From NCBI RefSeq assembly GCF_027921745.1, contig NC_079239.1:2108001-2172000 (forward strand): a stretch of DNA of 64,000 bases, written 5' to 3'. Shown here one piece after another: positions 13,140 through 25,542 of the stretch (position 1 is the first letter of the stretch; the number at the start of each line of letters is the position of its first letter). This DNA comes from Schizosaccharomyces osmophilus (Eukaryota). The notes below the pieces were generated by a model. It saw nothing but the letters and a program-made list of their open reading frames with translations, had not been told where the DNA came from and did not search any database. Made by a program: the position numbers and the translations under genes.

Positions 13140-15131
13140 ATGAAAGGATGGACAAAAAGCTGGTTTGGATTATCAAAGAAAGCTGCTCCTCATCAAAATG
13201 AAGGCTTGCCGAATTCTGAAAGTGGTCGAAGTCCTTTGACTGCGAAAACGAATCATTCTTTAGAAGAAAACACTGGAGCGAAAAAAGACATGCTTTCAAA
13301 AGGCACATTAAGAGATATGCAGATGACTTCTGCTAGTCCAAATATAAAGGAAGATATTTTAATGTCAGGCGAGCCCTCCGCACTTCATAATGATGCATCA
13401 ATTTACCCACATCGTAAAAGTTCTGACATTCTTCCTGAAGTAGATCACGAACCTTCTGGCTATTTGAAATTGAATATTGATTCGCTAAAATTGGAAGGTA
13501 ACCACACGGATGCTGCCATGGCAATGGAATGCACTTCTTTAAAGCAATTTTTCCTCGTCATTCAGTTTGGAACATCTGAGTATGTGTCTCCCCCATTAAA
13601 ATGGAAATCTTCCACTCGCGATACCGCTATTTCTATCCCCTCTCGTGACTCTTCAGCAGCTGCCAGCCGAGCTTCTTCCATGCTAAGCAATTTTACCTAT
13701 AATACTTCAAGCATGAGTTATTGCCCTACATCCTCTACTCCTAACCCATCAGCACCTTCTCATGTTGTTTTTGACGTCGCAAACCGATTACCTGTAGAAT
13801 TAAATATTTACGACCATTCTCGTGGAAATTGCTTCGTTGGTCAGACTTTGATTCATCCTTGTTATAATTACAATCAATATGAGCAATTCAGCAGTCCCGT
13901 AGAGGTCTCTCCTGCATATGCTCGATTAGTTGACTTGCGTCTACAGCTAAGTTCCGTCTTTCAGCCACTTATAAAAAAGTCATATGCCCCAGAAGATTTT
14001 GAACCGCTTAAGCTGATTGGAAAAGGAACCTTTGGACAAGTTTATTTAGTAAGGAAAAAGGATACTCGTCGCATATATGCTATGAAGATTTTGTCCAAGA
14101 AAGTTATCGTTCGCCGCAAAGAAGTTGCACATACTATAGGCGAACGAGATATCCTTGTTCAGACAGCAGCTGCAGATTCGCCATTCATAGTTGCGCTTCG
14201 ATTTTCCTTTCAAACACCTAAAGACCTCTACCTTGTAACGGACTACATGGCTGGTGGAGAATTATTTTGGCACCTCCAAAAATCCATTCGGTTTCCTGAA
14301 GCTCGTGCTAAATTCTACATTGCTGAACTTTTGTTAGCATTGCAAGCGCTTCACAAACGCGGTATTGTTTACAGAGACTTGAAACCGGAAAACATACTTT
14401 TGGATGTTCAAGGGCATATAGCGCTTTGTGATTTTGGCTTGTCAAAAGCGAATTTAACGGTGGGATCAACCACGAGAACCTTTTGTGGTACTACGGATTA
14501 TCTGGCTCCTGAAGTAATCTTAGACGAAGGTGGATATGATATGATGGTAGACTTCTGGTCTTTGGGTGTTTTGCTTTATGAAATGACATGTGGGTGGAGT
14601 CCCTTTTATGCTGAAAACACTCAGCAGTTGTACAAGAATATTGTATTTGGAAAAGTTCGTTTTCCTCGTGGATTACTTTCAGCTGAAGCAAGAGATCTAA
14701 TAAAACTATTACTCAACCGCAATTCCAAGAACAGACTTGGGGCTAATGGGGATGCTGAAGAAGTGAAAAGACATGTATTTTTTGGTGATATAAACTGGGA
14801 AGAACTAAATGCAAAGAAACTCAGTCCTCCGTTTAAGCCTATCGTTGAAGGAGATTATGATGTCTCAAACTTTGACGTTGAATTTACCAACAAAGATGTT
14901 CCGACAGATTTTATCGCTGTTGGTGACATGTCTACGTCTGCTCCTCTCTCTTCGACGGTTCAAAATGGATTTAAAGGCTTTACTTATGTTGATAGCAGTG
15001 CAATGGATGAGGCTTATAATTCCGAGCCAGAATCCCCGACTTCTTCAGCATCTTCATTTCACATTGATAGCCATAATGAAGATTTTAACCGCACGAACGA
15101 CGATTTTTTCATGGAACATATTGATCCTTAA
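13140..15131 (+). CDS. sck2: AGC serine/threonine kinase of the Sch9/Sck family
   Basis: GKGTFGQV, YRDLKPEN, DFGLSK, TFCGTTDYLAPE, hydrophobic motif FKGFTY; synteny favours sck2 over sck1. Confidence 0.85.
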   Translation: MKGWTKSWFGLSKKAAPHQNEGLPNSESGRSPLTAKTNHSLEENTGAKKDMLSKGTLRDMQMTSASPNIKEDILMSGEPSALHNDASIYPHRKSSDILPEVDHEPSGYLKLNIDSLKLEGNHTDAAMAMECTSLKQFFLVIQFGTSEYVSPPLKWKSSTRDTAISIPSRDSSAAASRASSMLSNFTYNTSSMSYCPTSSTPNPSAPSHVVFDVANRLPVELNIYDHSRGNCFVGQTLIHPCYNYNQYEQFSSPVEVSPAYARLVDLRLQLSSVFQPLIKKSYAPEDFEPLKLIGKGTFGQVYLVRKKDTRRIYAMKILSKKVIVRRKEVAHTIGERDILVQTAAADSPFIVALRFSFQTPKDLYLVTDYMAGGELFWHLQKSIRFPEARAKFYIAELLLALQALHKRGIVYRDLKPENILLDVQGHIALCDFGLSKANLTVGSTTRTFCGTTDYLAPEVILDEGGYDMMVDFWSLGVLLYEMTCGWSPFYAENTQQLYKNIVFGKVRFPRGLLSAEARDLIKLLLNRNSKNRLGANGDAEEVKRHVFFGDINWEELNAKKLSPPFKPIVEGDYDVSNFDVEFTNKDVPTDFIAVGDMSTSAPLSSTVQNGFKGFTYVDSSAMDEAYNSEPESPTSSASSFHIDSHNEDFNRTNDDFFMEHIDP

Positions 15132-15785
15132 AGTCAGGGCATAGGTTGCAGTTGCATACTTGTATGAAAACTTATGTACATTTTACCTTGTTTCCATGTT
15201 CGTTGAAAGTATTTTCCATGTTGTGCTTTAAATAATTCTTTTTCGTTGGTGCATAAGGCTTGTTTGATGAAGAACAGGAAATACGAACGAGACAAAGTCG
15301 AAAACTGAGCTGGCTCTTTTTTGGCTTTGCCGTATCGAAGATAATATTTATAATTTTGCTTTCCTGGGTCCAACAAGATGACTTTAATGTTCTTGTCTAA
15401 TTCTTTTGTGATTAATATAGATCTTTTGCCGTATACAAACTTTGGGTTTGCTTTTTTATGTATTGTTTTTTTTGAAACGGTAATGTAGATTTCCACTGGA
15501 TTTAAGTAGAAGATAGAGGAAATTAGAAACTGATTTTGTTTACATTTCGAAAACTGCTTTATCGTATTTTCTATTTCAATCATATTCACATTCATGTTCT
15601 TTTCGTTTGTTTACATTTTGAACCAATGTCAAATATTGCGTACTCGAGTGAAATGCGTAAAACGGGAATTCATATAATAGTGAGATACGAGGAGACGGAA
15701 GGAATGTTTGAGGAAGAAACAGAGAATTTTACCTGCGCTTAGCCAAAATACCTACCCAAAAGACAAGTAATTCTTAAGGGGGAAT

Positions 15786-16642
15786 ATGAGGTTTGTACTT
15801 AATGAATAAGAGAAAACGATTACTAACAGCTTTTAGGGTGTTTACTTGTTACTTTTGCTCCGGTCCAGTTTATCCTGGACATGGAATGATGTTTGTTCGA
15901 AATGATTCAAAAGTCTTTCGTTTTTGCCGTAGCAAGTGCCATAAGAACTTTAAGATGAAGCGCAATCCTCGTAAGGTAAGTATATTGAAGCATGAAAACC
16001 TGCAAGGGAAAAGTTTAGAGCTGGGAGAACTAAGTTTAATGAAAAAACTGTCAAGACGTGGTTTGAAACCGTTAGATTTTCCAGAAAGAGGGTTTGACAA
16101 CTGGACAAGTTATTTTAAGATTCTCCTTTTTTTTGTTTTTTCCTGAGAATGCTAGCTGGTTCATGGAATCCATGGAAAAGAAATTTTACTAACATGAATA
16201 GGTTGCCTGGACCAAGTCTTACCGTAAAGCTCACGGTAAAGAAATGGTTTATGACAAGGCATTGGCTGTCTCGGCTGCTCGTAGAAACGTTCCAGTCCGT
16301 TACGACAGAAACGTGGTGGCTACTACTTTGACAGCCATGAAACGTTCTGCTCACATTCACGCCAAGAGAGAGCGCATGTTCGTCAAGAAGAGATTGTCTG
16401 GAAAGAAATCCCAGCAATTGTCGGAAGCTCAAAAATTGGTGGGCCAGAACGTTCCTCAATTTGCCGAGAAGGAGACTGTGGAAGAAAAAGAACCAAGCGA
16501 GCCTCAAGAAGCACAAGTTGTTTCCGACGAAGAATATGCCATGGACGAGGAGCCTGCCGAAGCAGTCAAGGTTCCCGTTGCAGCTACCAAAAAACGTAAA
16601 AACAAAAAGTCACGCGGCGAAGGCGCAATGGACATGGATTAA
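15786..16642 (+). CDS. rlp24: Ribosome biogenesis protein (L24-like); exons 15786-15790, 15837-15975, 16202-16642
   Basis: Spliced product [18 protein letters not shown]...[33 protein letters not shown]. Confidence 0.93.
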
Positions 16643-17689
16643 AGCGACGTGTCGAATATGTATTGTTTTATGCATCGGTTATATTACTTTTCTATTGGAA
16701 AGTTATCAATTTGCGTTTTTATTAAAACGACTGATGTCGTTTTATCTACCTTCATTTTTGTGTCCCTTTTTTGATACTTCATCATAGAAAATGTATGTAT
16801 AAAGACAACCTGTTTGCTAGTTTCGTTTTGTTGTACCTTTTGGGTCTAGGACTTTTTATTTGAAAAACTATTATGGTTGGTTTAATGGAATTGGTTTTAA
16901 TTTTGTGACTCTTGTTTCGTTTGTGCATGGTAGAATGAAAAGTAAAATTAGAAAAGAAGTATATTGTAGTATTTTAAATTGTTTTCAACTGTATCCAACA
17001 ATGGTTTACTACATATGTACAGCATAATGTAAGTAAGCAACCTTTTTTTTATTGATCTTAATTATTTATGTATTTGTTTGTTTGTTTGTTTAAGTACTAC
17101 AGCACATCGTTAAACCGACCTGCCACATTTAGGTGTATCTGAGGTTTCTCCCTTTGCCCTTTTTTCTACAGAGAAAGAAGCTTATCTACCATAAAGAAAG
17201 AATCCGGCAGTATGTGATCGTTTGATGAAAAATATCGTTCCATTGTTTCCTTTTTTCCATCAAACACTTTCTGTTTCTTTTTTGGATCCTTTCCTCTTCA
17301 AGGCATCCTTGAGAAAAGGTTCATATAGTGCATATTTGTTGGAGTACGTAAATGGATTATGGAGATGGAAAGCAGTTCGCTATTTAATGAGGTTGGTCAA
17401 TAACGGGAAGATGAGTGGAAACTGCGACAACCACCAAAACTTGCATGAAGAGAAGTTAATTGAAGAGTTGTTCGAAAATTAGCCTTTTTTTAAGTGCATG
17501 GCCTGAAGAATCAAGGTTGAGTACTGCTGTACGATTTTGTACCGCGATTGGACATTATATGAAAAGGAATTAAGAATCTTTCATGTAGGTGTTGTGAAAA
17601 TCAATTTTAGCTGGTGCTTAATTGGTGTACAAGTATTATCATTAAGGTGTTGCAAGATTCTGTGAAGTCAGCACGAGTTTGATAAAAGA

Positions 17690-20239
17690 ATGTGGAAAAT
17701 TCGATGTGTGTGTCCATTTGACGATGATGATGGCTTTACAATCCAATGTGAGAACTGTGAGGTTTGGCAACATGCTATTTGCTTTGAAATTAGCTCGGAA
17801 AACGTTCCTGAAAATTACCTCTGCGAACAATGTCAACCACGCTCGGTCGATACTGACAAGGCTCGTCAAGTGCAGCTTGAACGAATTCAGCAAGAAACGC
17901 TTTTGAAAGTTGCTCCTCGTCGTCGACCTCACGGTGCGAAAACTCGTAGCCACTCAAATTCTCGTCATGCTTCGTCGTCTAGTACATCGTTGCCCCATCA
18001 AGTTACTCATAACCCCTCTAACCCTTCGAATGGATTCATGTCAGCTCCCCCTGCCCCAAACAATCATATTGTCGCAAACACAAATAGCCGAAGAAAGCGG
18101 ACGAGTCATTTATCGCCTCCTTTACCTGAAATCCAAAATCCAACCGTGGCTTATTCATCCTCAATTCCATATTCTCCTCATTTAGAATATGTGCCCTTGC
18201 AATCCAATACATATTCCGTTGAGGCCTCAGAATACGCAAAATCTTTGTCCGGTTTAGATACGCCAAATGCCACTGGCGAGTATATCGACGATCCCTGCTA
18301 TGTGGCTTCCGTACAACCGAAAACGTTTTGCTCTAGTCGATTTGGCTTATTTACTTCCAGGCAATTGGTTCCCGATCAGCCTGTCACCGAAATAATGGGA
18401 AGAATATTCACTCAACACGAGTATAAAAGAGATCCCAAAAACCAGTATCGATTAATTGGTATACCAAAACCTCATGTTTATTTTGACGAAAAGTCTGACT
18501 TAGTAATTGATGCCCGCGTGGCTGGTTCTAAGGCTCGATTCATTCGCAGAAGTTGTCAGCCAAATTGTACTGTTATAAGCTATTTGAATGAAGCTGATAT
18601 CTTCGCCCCTAGCTTTTATTTAGTGCCACTTAAGCCCATTGATTCTGAGTCTGAGCTTACCGTTGATTGGAATTTCGACGCTGCTCATCCATTTCAATGC
18701 TTTGCAAACAATAGCCCCATTCCTTCGTTTACAAAGGAAGAACTTGAGCGCCTGTCATTCATCCTTTCTTCCATCACCTCCAATGCCGATTGTTCTTTTG
18801 CCGATAAGCGTAATTGTTTATTCTCCAAGATTATGAGGTTTATAAAGTTTCCCCAACGTTATGCTTCTAATACAAAGACTCGTTTTCGTGTCTCTACTAT
18901 GTCTCGCGAAGATTCTTTGTCAAATTCACTAGATGAAGAAACCAGAGAGATAAAAGATCGAAACGTGAAATCTTTAAAACAATCATGGCTTATGAAATAT
19001 CGATTGAGGACTCAGTCACCTCCACTAAAGGAAGCGATTGGAGTTAAGCATGACAATGATGTTTTATCATCGAGTGCAAACAAGGCAGGTGAGAATTTTG
19101 AGACAGAGGATAATGCAAAGATGGAGATTGAACACAATAGCGTGTCGAACTCGCCTGCTGCGAATATGGAAGTTGCAGAGAAAAAAGCTATTTCTCCCAC
19201 ACCTCCGTCACCGTCCACATCTCATACACCCCAAACGTATAATATGTCTCCTAAAAGCGATGAATCAAGAAATGGTATGGAGGTACATGTACATGGTCAT
19301 ATACCGGAGGCTGCAGACATCGCACCCTTGACTCCGCCTCATGGTATCAAAACTTATGATTCGTTTGAGGCTTCTTCAATAGATTCTGAACGCAGAAATC
19401 CATCGGAAACTACTTTGCTTTCTAGTAAAGAGGACGAAACTGATATGGATTTCAGTGTTAACAATAACAGAAGAAAAATGACTACAGAAGTTAGGCCGCA
19501 AACGAAAAGGAGGAGGAGCGCAGTCCATGATAGGTCACCGCCAAAAATTAACCCTTTCAGAAGTTTAAGAAATTCGATTGGTACCGATGGCTCAAGTTTA
19601 TTATCATTAAGTCCTATTAGTGAAAAAACAATTAAACCTTCAGGTTCGGTAGTGACCGATCATGTTCCAAGTGAATCAATGAACCAATCGGAATTGAGGT
19701 TTTCCAGCAAAATTGACACAAAAGAAAAACTCGTTGCTCCTAATATGTCTGATTCTGCTAAACTGGTAGCCAACTCTGAAATCAATGACCCTTCTGCAGG
19801 GCACAATAATCAATCCAACACACATATGGATAAGCCAACGTTGGTCGAAGGAAATTTACCGCATAATAGTTTAAATGGAGTGGTTCAGTCTAATTCATTA
19901 GACGAAAGTGCTAGGCCTTCTGTCTCTGAAAGTTTATCACGAAAACATGATATAAATGAGGGTGGTCATTCTATGACTATAGACCAAAAAGTCAACAGGC
20001 AACCAGAAATTAGACGAAGTGATGGGCAAGAGAGAATACCGGGGCCACCATCTTCGGCACCGCCGGCACCCCCGCCTGCTCCTTCATCTGGACCGAAAAA
20101 GCTTTCTCTTTCTGAATATCGACAACGCCGCCAAGAAGTTTTGAAAAGCAAGCAATCAGATTCTGGTGGCGGGTTTAATAATGCTGAGAGGCGGGTTCCC
20201 TCAGCTCCTAATCTAAATACGGCGGCCTCTACTTCGTAA
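17690..20239 (+). CDS. set3: PHD and SET domain protein
   Basis: N-terminal PHD finger (IRCVCPFDDDDGFTIQCENCEVWQHAIC); SET motif ARFIRRSCQPN; C-terminal KKLSLSEYR. Confidence 0.93.
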   Translation: MWKIRCVCPFDDDDGFTIQCENCEVWQHAICFEISSENVPENYLCEQCQPRSVDTDKARQVQLERIQQETLLKVAPRRRPHGAKTRSHSNSRHASSSSTSLPHQVTHNPSNPSNGFMSAPPAPNNHIVANTNSRRKRTSHLSPPLPEIQNPTVAYSSSIPYSPHLEYVPLQSNTYSVEASEYAKSLSGLDTPNATGEYIDDPCYVASVQPKTFCSSRFGLFTSRQLVPDQPVTEIMGRIFTQHEYKRDPKNQYRLIGIPKPHVYFDEKSDLVIDARVAGSKARFIRRSCQPNCTVISYLNEADIFAPSFYLVPLKPIDSESELTVDWNFDAAHPFQCFANNSPIPSFTKEELERLSFILSSITSNADCSFADKRNCLFSKIMRFIKFPQRYASNTKTRFRVSTMSREDSLSNSLDEETREIKDRNVKSLKQSWLMKYRLRTQSPPLKEAIGVKHDNDVLSSSANKAGENFETEDNAKMEIEHNSVSNSPAANMEVAEKKAISPTPPSPSTSHTPQTYNMSPKSDESRNGMEVHVHGHIPEAADIAPLTPPHGIKTYDSFEASSIDSERRNPSETTLLSSKEDETDMDFSVNNNRRKMTTEVRPQTKRRRSAVHDRSPPKINPFRSLRNSIGTDGSSLLSLSPISEKTIKPSGSVVTDHVPSESMNQSELRFSSKIDTKEKLVAPNMSDSAKLVANSEINDPSAGHNNQSNTHMDKPTLVEGNLPHNSLNGVVQSNSLDESARPSVSESLSRKHDINEGGHSMTIDQKVNRQPEIRRSDGQERIPGPPSSAPPAPPPAPSSGPKKLSLSEYRQRRQEVLKSKQSDSGGGFNNAERRVPSAPNLNTAASTS

Positions 20240-20900
20240 TGAGCCTGATGGTCCCAATGTTTATGGATGAAAGGTTTAATGCAGTAAGGGTAATTTATTA
20301 TGGTGTGGATTGTTGCTTGGTTTATTATTCTTTTTTTGTGGTAATTTTGTTATGGCTTTTTGTTTACACGGAATTTCTTTTTTCGTTTACGAGACTATCG
20401 TTTTATTTGTTTCATGATTCCTTTGTTTTTGTACATACTTTTGCTTTGTGATAGAAGGCTGTCGTTGCTTTCAACGTGCGAATGTTGGAGAGCTCAAACT
20501 ACTTCCATTAAGTCGCTACTGGGGCTTTGATTGTAAGAGCTCGATGTAGCTTGTTTTTCTTGTATAGTATAGTATAATTTAGTTAATATGTTATTCTCGT
20601 TATTATTTATCCTTATACACAATTTTATGGTTGGAATACATTTCAAGTCAGCTTTCACCTTTGGCATGACAATATTTGGATTACTACAAGTAGGAAGTAA
20701 AAAGAAAAAAAAAATAAATAGAAATAATGAATGTAAAGGAAAAGCAAAGAGAATCAATGCTTATGACAAAAATGGCACGCTTTATAAGTTTCTATTATAT
20801 AAAAGCTTAGTGGTCTGGCCGCCAGGTCAAACCAAGCAATACCAAATACTCAGCACAAAGTCGAAGAATATCCACAAACTAAGGATCAAATTAAGCTTAA

Positions 20901-22799
20901 ATGAATCCTTTGTGGTTTTCGAGGCCGCCTATAAGCCGAAACGCACTTCAATTGGCAGGAAAAGGGCTTTCTACTAGAGCGTTCTGTCGCTCATCCTTTT
21001 TACCGCAAAAGTCAATATTGGCTCGTGCGTGCTTGGGCAAGACATTGTCAAACAAATTAAATGTCCCTTTTAAACTTAGCTCTCTTAAATCGTTTAATTA
21101 TGGTACCTTAAACAACAGCCGGCTCGTTGCTACGGACGCGCACTTTGAAACGAATAAGAAATTCATTGAGGCCGATAATATTCCTAGTAAAAAAGTCGCT
21201 TTTTGGCTTCTTGGATCTTCAGCATTAGTACTTGCCATCGTTATTGTTGGTGGCATTACTCGTCTTACGGAGTCAGGATTAAGTATTACTGAATGGAAGC
21301 CAGTAAGTGGAGTTATCCCTCCTTTAACTTCTGAACAATGGAATCAAGAGTTTGAGTTATACAAACAGTCACCGGAATTTCAGAAGCTGAATAGCCGAAT
21401 GACAGTGGATGAGTTCAAGCATATCTTCTTTTGGGAATGGTTCCATAGAGTGTTAGGACGAGGTATTGGATTGGTGATAGCAGTCCCTTCTTTCTACATG
21501 TTGGCTAAAGGAAAATATTCACCGTGGTTAAAAAGACGACTCCTTGGATTGACCGGTTTGGTTGCTTTACAAGGAGTCATTGGTTGGTGGATGGTAAAGA
21601 GTGGATTAAGCAAACAAATGTTTGAAGATGGCTCTCATCCACGTGTTAGTCATTATCGCTTGGCTACTCACCTGGCTGCTGCAGTAGCTCTCTACATTGG
21701 ATTAATCTGGACAGGCCATGGCATTCTTCAGCGTCATGCCTTTTTGAAGTCTTTCAAAAATGGAACATCTTCATCAATCAATAGTATGGTTTCTTCTGTA
21801 AAATCCATGAAGGGCTTAAGATTGGGTGCTTCCTCACTTGTTGGTCTTACTCTCACTACTTTATTATCTGGAGCTCTTGTAGCTGGTTTAGATGCTGGTA
21901 TGATTTATTGTACTTTTCCCACTATGGGTGAAGGTCGTTTGGCACCAGCCAAGGAAGAACTTTTGGATGTACGCTATTCTCGTAAGGAAGATCACTCGGA
22001 TTTGTACTGGCGTAATATGTTAGATAATCCTAGCCTGGTCCAATTGCAGCATCGTGCATTAGCTGTTACTACGTTCTTTACCGCTTGTGGTATCTTTTTG
22101 TACGTTCGCATGAAGAAGCGGACTTTACCAAAGAAGATTAGCACCAGTGTTTCAATTGCTACTGGTGCGCTGACAGCTCAGGCAGGCTTGGGAATCCTGA
22201 CTCTTATCCATGTTGTTCCAGTTCCTTTGGCTGTTTTGCATCAAGCTGGTAGTCTCGTTGCTTTGACCGCTGCTTTGTCATTGCTTCAGCGTTTATACCC
22301 AGAATTTGCTCTTCGTAATGTCCGCAGCTGGGTAAATCCAGTTCCTTCAATGCCCTCTACTACGAAACCAGTAACAAATGCTTTGAATCAAAAAAGAACA
22401 TTCCACTCTTTTTCTATGCTGCGCCACTCAGCTACTCAAAAGCCTGCACCTGGTACGGGCATTAAAGTTTATTTTGTGACACCAGAAGGGCGTGAAGTTC
22501 TTATAGAAGGCAATGAAGGTGATAGCATTTTGGACTTGGCACACGGAAACAACATTGATTTGGAGGGTGCTTGTGAAGGATCCGTTGCATGTTCCACTTG
22601 TCATGTCGTTGTTGACCCTGAACATTATGAGCTTTTAGAAGCTCCAGAAGAAGACGAAGAAGATATGCTGGATCTTGCATTCGGCCTGGAAGAAACCAGT
22701 CGACTTGGATGCCAAGTCATTTTACGTAAAGATTTGGATGGTATACGAGTCCGCATTCCATCTCAAACTAGGAACATTCGACTTGAAAGAACGAAATAA
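20901..22799 (+). CDS. etp1: Cox15 heme A synthase fused to an adrenodoxin-type [2Fe-2S] ferredoxin
   Basis: Cox15 motifs [18 protein letters not shown] and WEWFHR; ferredoxin motif [11 protein letters not shown]...SRLGCQ in the same ORF. Confidence 0.95.
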   Translation: MNPLWFSRPPISRNALQLAGKGLSTRAFCRSSFLPQKSILARACLGKTLSNKLNVPFKLSSLKSFNYGTLNNSRLVATDAHFETNKKFIEADNIPSKKVAFWLLGSSALVLAIVIVGGITRLTESGLSITEWKPVSGVIPPLTSEQWNQEFELYKQSPEFQKLNSRMTVDEFKHIFFWEWFHRVLGRGIGLVIAVPSFYMLAKGKYSPWLKRRLLGLTGLVALQGVIGWWMVKSGLSKQMFEDGSHPRVSHYRLATHLAAAVALYIGLIWTGHGILQRHAFLKSFKNGTSSSINSMVSSVKSMKGLRLGASSLVGLTLTTLLSGALVAGLDAGMIYCTFPTMGEGRLAPAKEELLDVRYSRKEDHSDLYWRNMLDNPSLVQLQHRALAVTTFFTACGIFLYVRMKKRTLPKKISTSVSIATGALTAQAGLGILTLIHVVPVPLAVLHQAGSLVALTAALSLLQRLYPEFALRNVRSWVNPVPSMPSTTKPVTNALNQKRTFHSFSMLRHSATQKPAPGTGIKVYFVTPEGREVLIEGNEGDSILDLAHGNNIDLEGACEGSVACSTCHVVVDPEHYELLEAPEEDEEDMLDLAFGLEETSRLGCQVILRKDLDGIRVRIPSQTRNIRLERTK

Positions 22800-23418
22800 T
22801 TGATACCTCCCTATTCCCTTATATATCTTTGCTTTTAGGACCTAATATCCCGCTATTCCTTATACACGAAGGAAGCTTTATAAAGAGAAACAAAGAAAAT
22901 TATCAGCTTTTCCGTTATAATTTTATCTTCCATATATCCATGTCTTCTTTTAAATTGTCTTACGCCGTGGTTTCCGTTTCAAAACATGTAAAGCCGACAA
23001 CAAATGTCCTTACTTACCTCTACATATAGTATGTTACTAGCCTAGCATAATTTTTTTTTTCTTTTTTTGGTTAGATTACTCTAATAGTAAGTCTACAAAC
23101 ATTTCCCTGAGCATCAAGTTATCGCGAGGAAAAGCTTGATTTCTGGAGGCATTACCAATCATCCTAGAAATTCAATAACATATATGAATTGGATGATGGG
23201 TTTGCTAAAAGACTGCTTACATACAGCACTTTTTAGTTGATATTTCGTTCTTGACTCAAAGCAAAGCCCATCTACTGTAAATAAAATATAGAAAGTCTTT
23301 CAAGATGAAACCTTTTTAATTATGTATGAAATAGAAAATGTTTCAATTGCCCGTCCTTTTCAGGCAGTTAGGAGTATATACCCCAGAGGTATCTCCAATA
23401 GCTCACCGTCCCAGCGCC

Positions 23419-25542
23419 ATGGTCTTTGCTTTGCTGTATGGGCCATTGCTCTTCTTGATATGGCAATTCTCTTTGGTTTTATGTACCGAAGTTAATAGAA
23501 ATAATGAATTTATGGTCCATTTGGATCCTAAATCTAATCCATACCTAACGGCTGATGCAATTGGAGCTGTTTATGTTCGCCCTATGCGAAATTTAAAAAA
23601 TCATTATCTGTTTACCTTAAATACAAGTAACGCTAGTAATAATACACTGAAAAAAAGAAATACCGAGCTTGGCATTTTAAATTTCGAAGAGCAAATCCCA
23701 AGATGGCGATACAAGCGTGAAGAGTCCGGAGACGCTATAGAATTGCTGGAGGAATTTCGTGATCATTTTCATTTAGTTGATCCACTTTTATCGGATCAAT
23801 GGCACATTCTTAATTATGAAATACCTGGTCATGACTTAAACCTGCGAGAAGTATGGGACGCTGGTATTTTAGGAGATAATGTAACGGTGGCTTTCGTTGA
23901 TGATGGTATAGATTTTCGTCATCCAGATCTGCAAGCAGCTTACTCTTCTCTTGGCTCTTGGGATTTCAATGATAATATGGCTGACCCGTTACCAAAATTA
24001 TCTGATGACCTGCATGGTACGCGGTGTGCAGGAGAAGTCGCAGGTGCTTGGAATGATGTTTGTGGTGTAGGAATTGCACCAAAAGCCAAAGTAGCTGGTT
24101 TGCGCATTCTCTCGGCTCCCATTAATGATGTGGTTGAGTCAGAAGCGTTAAATTACGGGTTTCAGACGAATCACATATATTCATGTTCATGGGGTCCTGC
24201 GGATGATGGAAGAGCCATGGAAGCACCTCGTTTGGCTACAAGGCGTGCGCTTATAAACGGTATCATTAATGGAAGAAATGGTCTGGGCTCTGTGTTTGTC
24301 TTCGCCTCCGGAAATGGTGGTCATTATCGTGACAACTGTAATTTTGATGGTTATACGAATAGTATATTCAGTATCACTGTGGGTGCTGTTGATATGGAGC
24401 ATCAAGTTCCTTTTTATAGTGAAACATGTGCTGCCCAACTCATTTCTGCATATAGCAGCGGTTCTCGCCGCTCAATTGCGACGACAAATCCAGAGGGAAC
24501 TTGTACCAAAAGTCATGGTGGAACGTCTGCGGCTGCTCCGCTTGCTTCAGCAGTTTATGCTTTGGCGTTATCAATTCGACCAGATTTGACTTGGAGAGAT
24601 ATACAGCATATTACTGTGCATTCAGCAGTCCCATTTGATGTTTCTCCTGATTTCGAATGGACAAAGACTCCTGCTGGATTTCAATTTTCCCATAATTTTG
24701 GTTTTGGAAAGCTCGATGCAAAACGATTTATTGACATTGCAAGCGAATGGCAGCTTGTGAATCCTCAAACCTGGGTTATAAGTCCATTTATTACGGTCAA
24801 CAAGCCCATAAATAAAGCTGAAAACTCATCCGACAGTGAGTTGATTAGTGAGTACTCAGTAACTGAAGAAATGCTTGAAAAAAGCAATATCAAAGGTTTG
24901 GAACAGATTACCGTTAAAGTTTCAATTCCATTCACCTGCAGAGGTGCAATGACAATTGAACTGGAAAGTCCTGCTGGTATTCGGTCCATGCTGGCTACTC
25001 TTCGTCCTTACGATCAGAATAACGAAGGATTTCCTGAATGGACGTTTATGACTGTTCAGCATTGGTCAGAACCCATCTTGGGCAATTGGAAGCTAATCGT
25101 CCGTGATCACAGCAATGGCTGTTCCGGACGTTTCAATTATTGGCAATTGGCATTTTGGGGTGAATCTCAAGATCCCTCTTTGACTATACCTATCCCGTAT
25201 GACACGTTAAGTCTTCCCCCAGAAGGTGCGCTAGGTACGTTTACAGAGAAACAGTTAAACACAACGACTACTGAATCTGTCCCGTCATCCACTTCCTTTA
25301 CTTCCCAAACAGTCTTTCCTACTTCTATTTCTACTTCCACCAGCTCAAGACCTGTCACTATTCCATCTTTCACCCCTTCTGTACCATTCGTTTTGGAAAC
25401 ATCCTATAGAGAGATGCTTGCTTTCACAATGTTTTTCCTTCTACTTGCATTTGTCTTATGTTCCGTAATATGGGTTTGGATTTGTTCATTTTTTAATATG
25501 GCCCCGGTTCCAATGCCTACTCAAGAAATACCAGTCGTCTAA
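23419..25542 (+). CDS. krp1: Kexin-like subtilisin endoprotease
   Basis: Signal peptide from ATG 23419; KR prodomain sites; VDDGID, HGTRCAGE, HGGTSAAAP triad; P-domain, Ser/Thr stalk and C-terminal TM helix. Confidence 0.93.
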   Translation: MVFALLYGPLLFLIWQFSLVLCTEVNRNNEFMVHLDPKSNPYLTADAIGAVYVRPMRNLKNHYLFTLNTSNASNNTLKKRNTELGILNFEEQIPRWRYKREESGDAIELLEEFRDHFHLVDPLLSDQWHILNYEIPGHDLNLREVWDAGILGDNVTVAFVDDGIDFRHPDLQAAYSSLGSWDFNDNMADPLPKLSDDLHGTRCAGEVAGAWNDVCGVGIAPKAKVAGLRILSAPINDVVESEALNYGFQTNHIYSCSWGPADDGRAMEAPRLATRRALINGIINGRNGLGSVFVFASGNGGHYRDNCNFDGYTNSIFSITVGAVDMEHQVPFYSETCAAQLISAYSSGSRRSIATTNPEGTCTKSHGGTSAAAPLASAVYALALSIRPDLTWRDIQHITVHSAVPFDVSPDFEWTKTPAGFQFSHNFGFGKLDAKRFIDIASEWQLVNPQTWVISPFITVNKPINKAENSSDSELISEYSVTEEMLEKSNIKGLEQITVKVSIPFTCRGAMTIELESPAGIRSMLATLRPYDQNNEGFPEWTFMTVQHWSEPILGNWKLIVRDHSNGCSGRFNYWQLAFWGESQDPSLTIPIPYDTLSLPPEGALGTFTEKQLNTTTTESVPSSTSFTSQTVFPTSISTSTSSRPVTIPSFTPSVPFVLETSYREMLAFTMFFLLLAFVLCSVIWVWICSFFNMAPVPMPTQEIPVV

